A DNA stretch of 32,000 nt from Prochlorococcus sp. MIT 0801 (lineage in GTDB: Bacteria; Cyanobacteriota; Cyanobacteriia; PCC-6307; Cyanobiaceae). The notes under the pieces are model-generated. The model searched no databases. It saw nothing but the letters and a program-made list of their open reading frames with translations, and was not told where the DNA came from. The DNA lies in NCBI RefSeq assembly GCF_000757865.1, contig NZ_CP007754.1, forward strand, positions 120,001 to 152,000, read 5' to 3'. Positions 28,595 through 32,000 of this stretch are shown here, one piece after another (position 1 is the first letter of the stretch; the number at the start of each line of letters is the position of its first letter). The translations under genes and the position numbers were made by a program.

Positions 28595-28756
28595 TCAATT
28601 TTTGAATGAAGAGTGTATTTCTGCATTTTGACTATTTTCTCTAACTCCTCTTCTTTCATAGCCGCCTCCGCCTGCCATTGTCCAAAAAAACCAATAACTG
28701 GGAATTGCAAGTGCTGCAGCTAGAACTAAGGCAGCAATTTGTTCGAGTCTTAACAT
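28595..28756 (-). CDS. Possible small membrane protein (53 aa, below the ORF-track cutoff)
   Basis: Hand translation gives MLRLEQIAALVLAAALAIPSYWFFWTMAGGGGYERRGVRENSQNAEIHSSFKN, with one TM helix followed by a Gly-rich polar tail. Its stop (tca at 28595-97) directly abuts the TAA of the Nif11-like gene. There is no obvious SD. Confidence 0.4.
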   Translation of the reverse strand: MLRLEQIAALVLAAALAIPSYWFFWTMAGGGGYERRGVRENSQNAEIHSSFKN

Positions 28757-28842
28757 GGCTTACTTAGGTAATGTAATTTAAATCAGTTAGCATTTTTTTA
28801 AAGCTAAATGATTCAAGATAATTCACTTGAGGTCTTATTGAA

Positions 28843-30555
28843 GTGTTGCGACTAGAGAAGATTTGTAAAATTTATCCCACTGGCGAAGTCTTGAAGGATG
28901 TCAGTTGGGAAATCAGAAATGGAGAAAGAATTGGTTTGGTTGGAGTCAATGGAGCAGGTAAATCAACACAATTAAAAATTATTGCTGGATTAGAAGAAGC
29001 AACAGATGGAACTTTGATTAGTGAAGGGGATCCATCTATTGCATATTTAAAACAGGAATTTGATGTTGATCTTTCAAGAACTGTTAGAGAAGAGTTATTT
29101 GAGGCATTTAAAGAAGCATCTGACTTACTTCGCAATCAAAAAGCAATTCAAGAAAATATGGAATCTGAATTGGCTTCAAAAGATTTAGATTACCTGGATT
29201 TATTAATCAAAGAATTAAGCGTGATTCAAAGCAAATTTGAATCAATAAATGGGTATGATTTAGAATCTAAAGTTGAAAAGTTATTACCCACTATTGGTTT
29301 TAACCAAAATGAAGCAGACAGGCTAGTCGGAGACTTCTCAGGTGGCTGGCAGATGAGAATAGCTTTAGGAAAAATTCTATTGCAAAGCCCTGATTTATTG
29401 TTACTCGATGAACCAACTAATCATTTAGATTTAGAAACGATTGAATGGCTGGAGAACTATTTACTTAATCAGAAAGTTGCCATGGTAATTGTAAGCCATG
29501 ATAGATCTTTCTTAGACAAAGTTTGTACTAGAATTGTTAATACCGAGAGAGGTCAATCTAAAAGCTATCTTGGAAATTATACGTCATATCTTCAACAGAG
29601 AGATTTTGAATTGGATTCAACAAAAGTTGCATATGAGAAACAACAGAAAGATATACAAGTTCAAAAGGCATATATAGAAAGATTTCGAGCAAGTGCTACA
29701 AGAAGTACACAAGCTAAAAGCAGGGAAAAGTTATTAGACAAAGTTGAAAAAATAGAAGCTCCTGAAAAAAACTTGAAAGGACCTAATTTTAAATTTTTGA
29801 ATGCACCCCGAACTGGTAGGGATGTATTAAGTATTAAGGATTTAACCCATAGTTATGAAGATAATATTTTGTTTTTAGGAGCTTTCTTAGAGCTTGAACC
29901 TGGAGAAAAAATAGCATTTTTAGGCCCAAATGGCTCTGGTAAATCTACTTTACTGCGACTTATTATGGGTTTAGAAGAACCTGATGAAGGTTCTATTATG
30001 ATAGGGAAATATAATATTATACCTAGTTATTTCGAACAAAATCAAGCAGAGGCCTTAGAATTAGGAAAAACAGTAATTGAGACAATTTCTCAATCTGTAC
30101 CGAATTGGACTCAAACAGAAATTCGCTCTTTACTTGGTAGTTTTGGTTTAACTAATGATTCCGTTTTTAAGGAGGTCAGCCAGATAAGTGGAGGAGAGAA
30201 GGCAAGACTTGCTTTAGCTTTAATGATTATTAAGCCATCAAATTTGCTTATTCTTGATGAACCGACAAACCATTTAGATATACCTTCAAAGCAAATGCTA
30301 GAGCAGGCATTGTCTAATTATGATGGCAGTGCATTAATAGTTTCTCATGATCGATATTTTATTTCAAAAGTTGCAAACAAGATTGTAGAAATAAGAGATG
30401 GTCAATTAATTAAATATCAAGGTGATTATAAATACTATAAAGAGAAAAAAATGGAAGAAGCAAAGGAAAAGGAAAAAGAATTACAATTAGCTGAACGTGA
30501 AAGAAAAAGGTTGGCTAATCGAGAAAAACAGAGAAAAAAGAAAAAAAATAAATAA
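28843..30555 (+). CDS. ABC-F family ATPase (two ABC domains, no TM; translation-factor type)
   Basis: It has two Walker A motifs ('GVNGAGKST', 'GPNGSGKST'), two signatures ('FSGGWQMR', 'ISGGEKAR') and two Walker B motifs ('LLLDEPTNHLD', 'LILDEPTNHLD'). It also has an inter-domain linker and a Lys/Glu-rich C-terminal tail. The start is GTG. Confidence 0.9.
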   Translation: MLRLEKICKIYPTGEVLKDVSWEIRNGERIGLVGVNGAGKSTQLKIIAGLEEATDGTLISEGDPSIAYLKQEFDVDLSRTVREELFEAFKEASDLLRNQKAIQENMESELASKDLDYLDLLIKELSVIQSKFESINGYDLESKVEKLLPTIGFNQNEADRLVGDFSGGWQMRIALGKILLQSPDLLLLDEPTNHLDLETIEWLENYLLNQKVAMVIVSHDRSFLDKVCTRIVNTERGQSKSYLGNYTSYLQQRDFELDSTKVAYEKQQKDIQVQKAYIERFRASATRSTQAKSREKLLDKVEKIEAPEKNLKGPNFKFLNAPRTGRDVLSIKDLTHSYEDNILFLGAFLELEPGEKIAFLGPNGSGKSTLLRLIMGLEEPDEGSIMIGKYNIIPSYFEQNQAEALELGKTVIETISQSVPNWTQTEIRSLLGSFGLTNDSVFKEVSQISGGEKARLALALMIIKPSNLLILDEPTNHLDIPSKQMLEQALSNYDGSALIVSHDRYFISKVANKIVEIRDGQLIKYQGDYKYYKEKKMEEAKEKEKELQLAERERKRLANREKQRKKKKNK

Positions 30556-30583
30556 AAGTAATTATTACATTAAATTTTTCAAC

Positions 30584-31795
30584 TTATACTTGAAGATCAT
30601 AAATATCAACTGGTTTGATGATTTTTATAGACTCTATATTCTCTCTAAGTATTTTAATTCTTAATGTCGACTGTAAATTATTTTTATTGATTTTTTTTAC
30701 GACATCGGCTGGAGTTGAAATTTTTTCATCGTTGATTGAAATTATTAGATCATTTACTTTTAATCCACCTTTTTCAGCAGGACCATTTGGCATCAAATAT
30801 GTAATAATTGCTCCATTTTCTGTTTGGGAAAGAAAATTACTTTTTTGTTTGATATTGGTTGAAAGTGTTACTCCTATCATGGGATGCTTGGCTCTGCCAC
30901 TGGTGATTAAATCTTTGGCGATTTTTCTAGCTCTATTTATTGGTATTGCGAAACCTAATCCTGCTCCTGGTCCTGAGCGAACAAGAGTATTAATACCAAT
31001 CACTTCTCCAGAAGAATTTAATAATGGTCCACCAGAATTACCAGGATTAATAGCTGCGTCAGTTTGAATTAGATCTATTCTTTTGTCGGATATACCTAAT
31101 TGAGCAACATCTCTGTTGAGATTACTAATTATTCCAAGAGTAACCGTATTTTCAAGTCCAAAAGGGTTTCCAACTGCAATTGCCCAATCACCAACTTTTA
31201 AGTTATCGGAGTTTCCTAATTGGGCAGTGGGCCAAGGACCTTTTGCTTTGAGTTTAATAACTGCAAGATCTGTTAAAGAATCTTCTCCCACAACATTTCC
31301 AACCACTCTTCTTCCATCTGATAAACCCACTATTAGTTGATCGGTTTTTTCTATTACATGAGCATTTGTCAGTATTAGACCTTCTTTAGAAAAAATCACG
31401 CCACTACCTTGCCCTTTTTCAATTCGAGATCGTGGAACTTGAAGGCCTCTTAGACCAAAGAATCGTTCAAGATATCGATCATTCAAGATCCCAGGAGGAA
31501 AAACACCTTCACTTGAAGATAAAACCTGACGCTGTGTTTCAATTGTGACCACTGCATCTCCACTGAGATTTAATGCTTGTGAGACGAAAGATTGTTGATT
31601 GTGATTTTGTGTGGATAACAGTGAAGCTTCGCTTGAATGAAGAGGAGTTTCATATCGGAAGTTAAAAAAAATAAGAACAATTAAAACAAAAATTTTAAAA
31701 TACTTTTTTTGGCGTAATTTTAGGGATCCATATAATATGCTGTTTTCATCTAATCCATGCATGGTTTTCGGAAAGGGATTAGTTCTTATTATCAA
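30584..31795 (-). CDS. HtrA/Deg-family serine protease with a C-terminal PDZ domain
   Basis: The catalytic triad context is 'TNAHV', 'DLAVIK' and 'GNSGGPL'. It has an N-terminal signal anchor, and the PDZ region reads 'PNGPAEKGGLKVNDLIISIND'. The exact start is uncertain. Confidence 0.9.
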   Translation of the reverse strand: MIIRTNPFPKTMHGLDENSILYGSLKLRQKKYFKIFVLIVLIFFNFRYETPLHSSEASLLSTQNHNQQSFVSQALNLSGDAVVTIETQRQVLSSSEGVFPPGILNDRYLERFFGLRGLQVPRSRIEKGQGSGVIFSKEGLILTNAHVIEKTDQLIVGLSDGRRVVGNVVGEDSLTDLAVIKLKAKGPWPTAQLGNSDNLKVGDWAIAVGNPFGLENTVTLGIISNLNRDVAQLGISDKRIDLIQTDAAINPGNSGGPLLNSSGEVIGINTLVRSGPGAGLGFAIPINRARKIAKDLITSGRAKHPMIGVTLSTNIKQKSNFLSQTENGAIITYLMPNGPAEKGGLKVNDLIISINDEKISTPADVVKKINKNNLQSTLRIKILRENIESIKIIKPVDIYDLQV

Positions 31796-31949
31796 AATAA
31801 TTATAGCTAATTTGGAAATTGAAACGCCCTCTAATTTTATTACCCTAGATTTTTACTAAATAACTTTTTTTGAACTTTCTTTCCTCTAGAATAATAATCT
31901 GATTTATTCTGTGATTGACAATGAAACTAGAACGACTTCAAAACTTAAT

Positions 31950-31972
31950 CTGAATTAATGCATTCAGTTTTT
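31950..31972 (+). terminator. Terminator-like hairpin with a T-run and no upstream plus-strand gene
   Basis: CTGAAT-taatgc-ATTCAG forms a 6-bp stem and is followed by TTTTT. A TTGACA hexamer lies at 31915-20. Confidence 0.3.
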
Positions 31973-32000
31973 GATTTATCATTTTTTGCAAATGTTGAGC

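Noticed and set aside
28444-28710. An 88-aa minus-strand ORF from the track, antisense to the Nif11-like gene
   Set aside because: It overlaps about 150 nt of the better-supported plus-strand Nif11-like CDS and has no recognisable features. A different minus-strand frame (28595-28756) gives a more protein-like product.
30615-31340. Plus-strand ORFs of 150 aa and 74 aa inside the htrA gene
   Set aside because: These are shadow ORFs opposite a well-supported protease gene. Their products are hydrophobic and low-complexity, and I saw no start signals.
31921-31953. A 10-codon ORF (MKLERLQNLI) preceding the terminator-like hairpin
   Set aside because: It is too short to support as coding and has no SD. 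It is mentioned only as a possible leader peptide under the hairpin finding.
1-32000. A window-wide look for CRISPR arrays, IS or transposase genes, integrases, tRNA/rRNA genes, toxin-antitoxin pairs and known defence genes
   Set aside because: None was seen. The intergenic gaps are short and AT-rich with no cloverleaf-like GC-rich segments. There are no spaced direct-repeat arrays. The single RHH gene has no adjacent toxin-like partner.

Overview
This window looks like a syntenic core-genome stretch of a low-GC marine picocyanobacterium, most likely Prochlorococcus-like. The organism call is inferred from gene content (psbX, ycf66, an HLIP gene, sufBCDS, ktrBA) and AT-rich codon usage, not from any search. 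About 33 protein genes are tightly packed on both strands: photosystem-associated small proteins (psbX, ycf66, hli), a fused ABC transporter, HIT, def, an S9 peptidase, the sufBCDS Fe-S assembly operon, pgm, a RarA fusion protein, a PPTase, bcp, coaX, cysH, an NDH-2, a DASS permease, ktrB/ktrA, anmK, an ABC-F ATPase and an HtrA/Deg protease. I found no rRNA, tRNA, CRISPR array, transposase, integrase or recognisable defence genes, so most of the window is ordinary housekeeping sequence. The least ordinary locus is 27.5-28.8 kb. It holds a ribbon-helix-helix regulator, a palindrome-dense divergent promoter, a basic orphan protein, a Nif11-like leader-type peptide that ends right after a Gly-Gly motif with no core peptide, and an untracked 53-codon membrane ORF whose stop abuts it. 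No RiPP maturation or export genes are nearby. Secondary points are a 477-nt non-coding region upstream of sufB with no adjacent sufR, a roughly 290-aa extension on RarA, a long Ser/Arg-rich tail on Ycf66, and several small ORFs below the ORF-track cutoff. Hand-derived coordinates may be off by 1-2 nt. Many tracked ORFs begin at the furthest upstream TTG/GTG, so true starts are uncertain.
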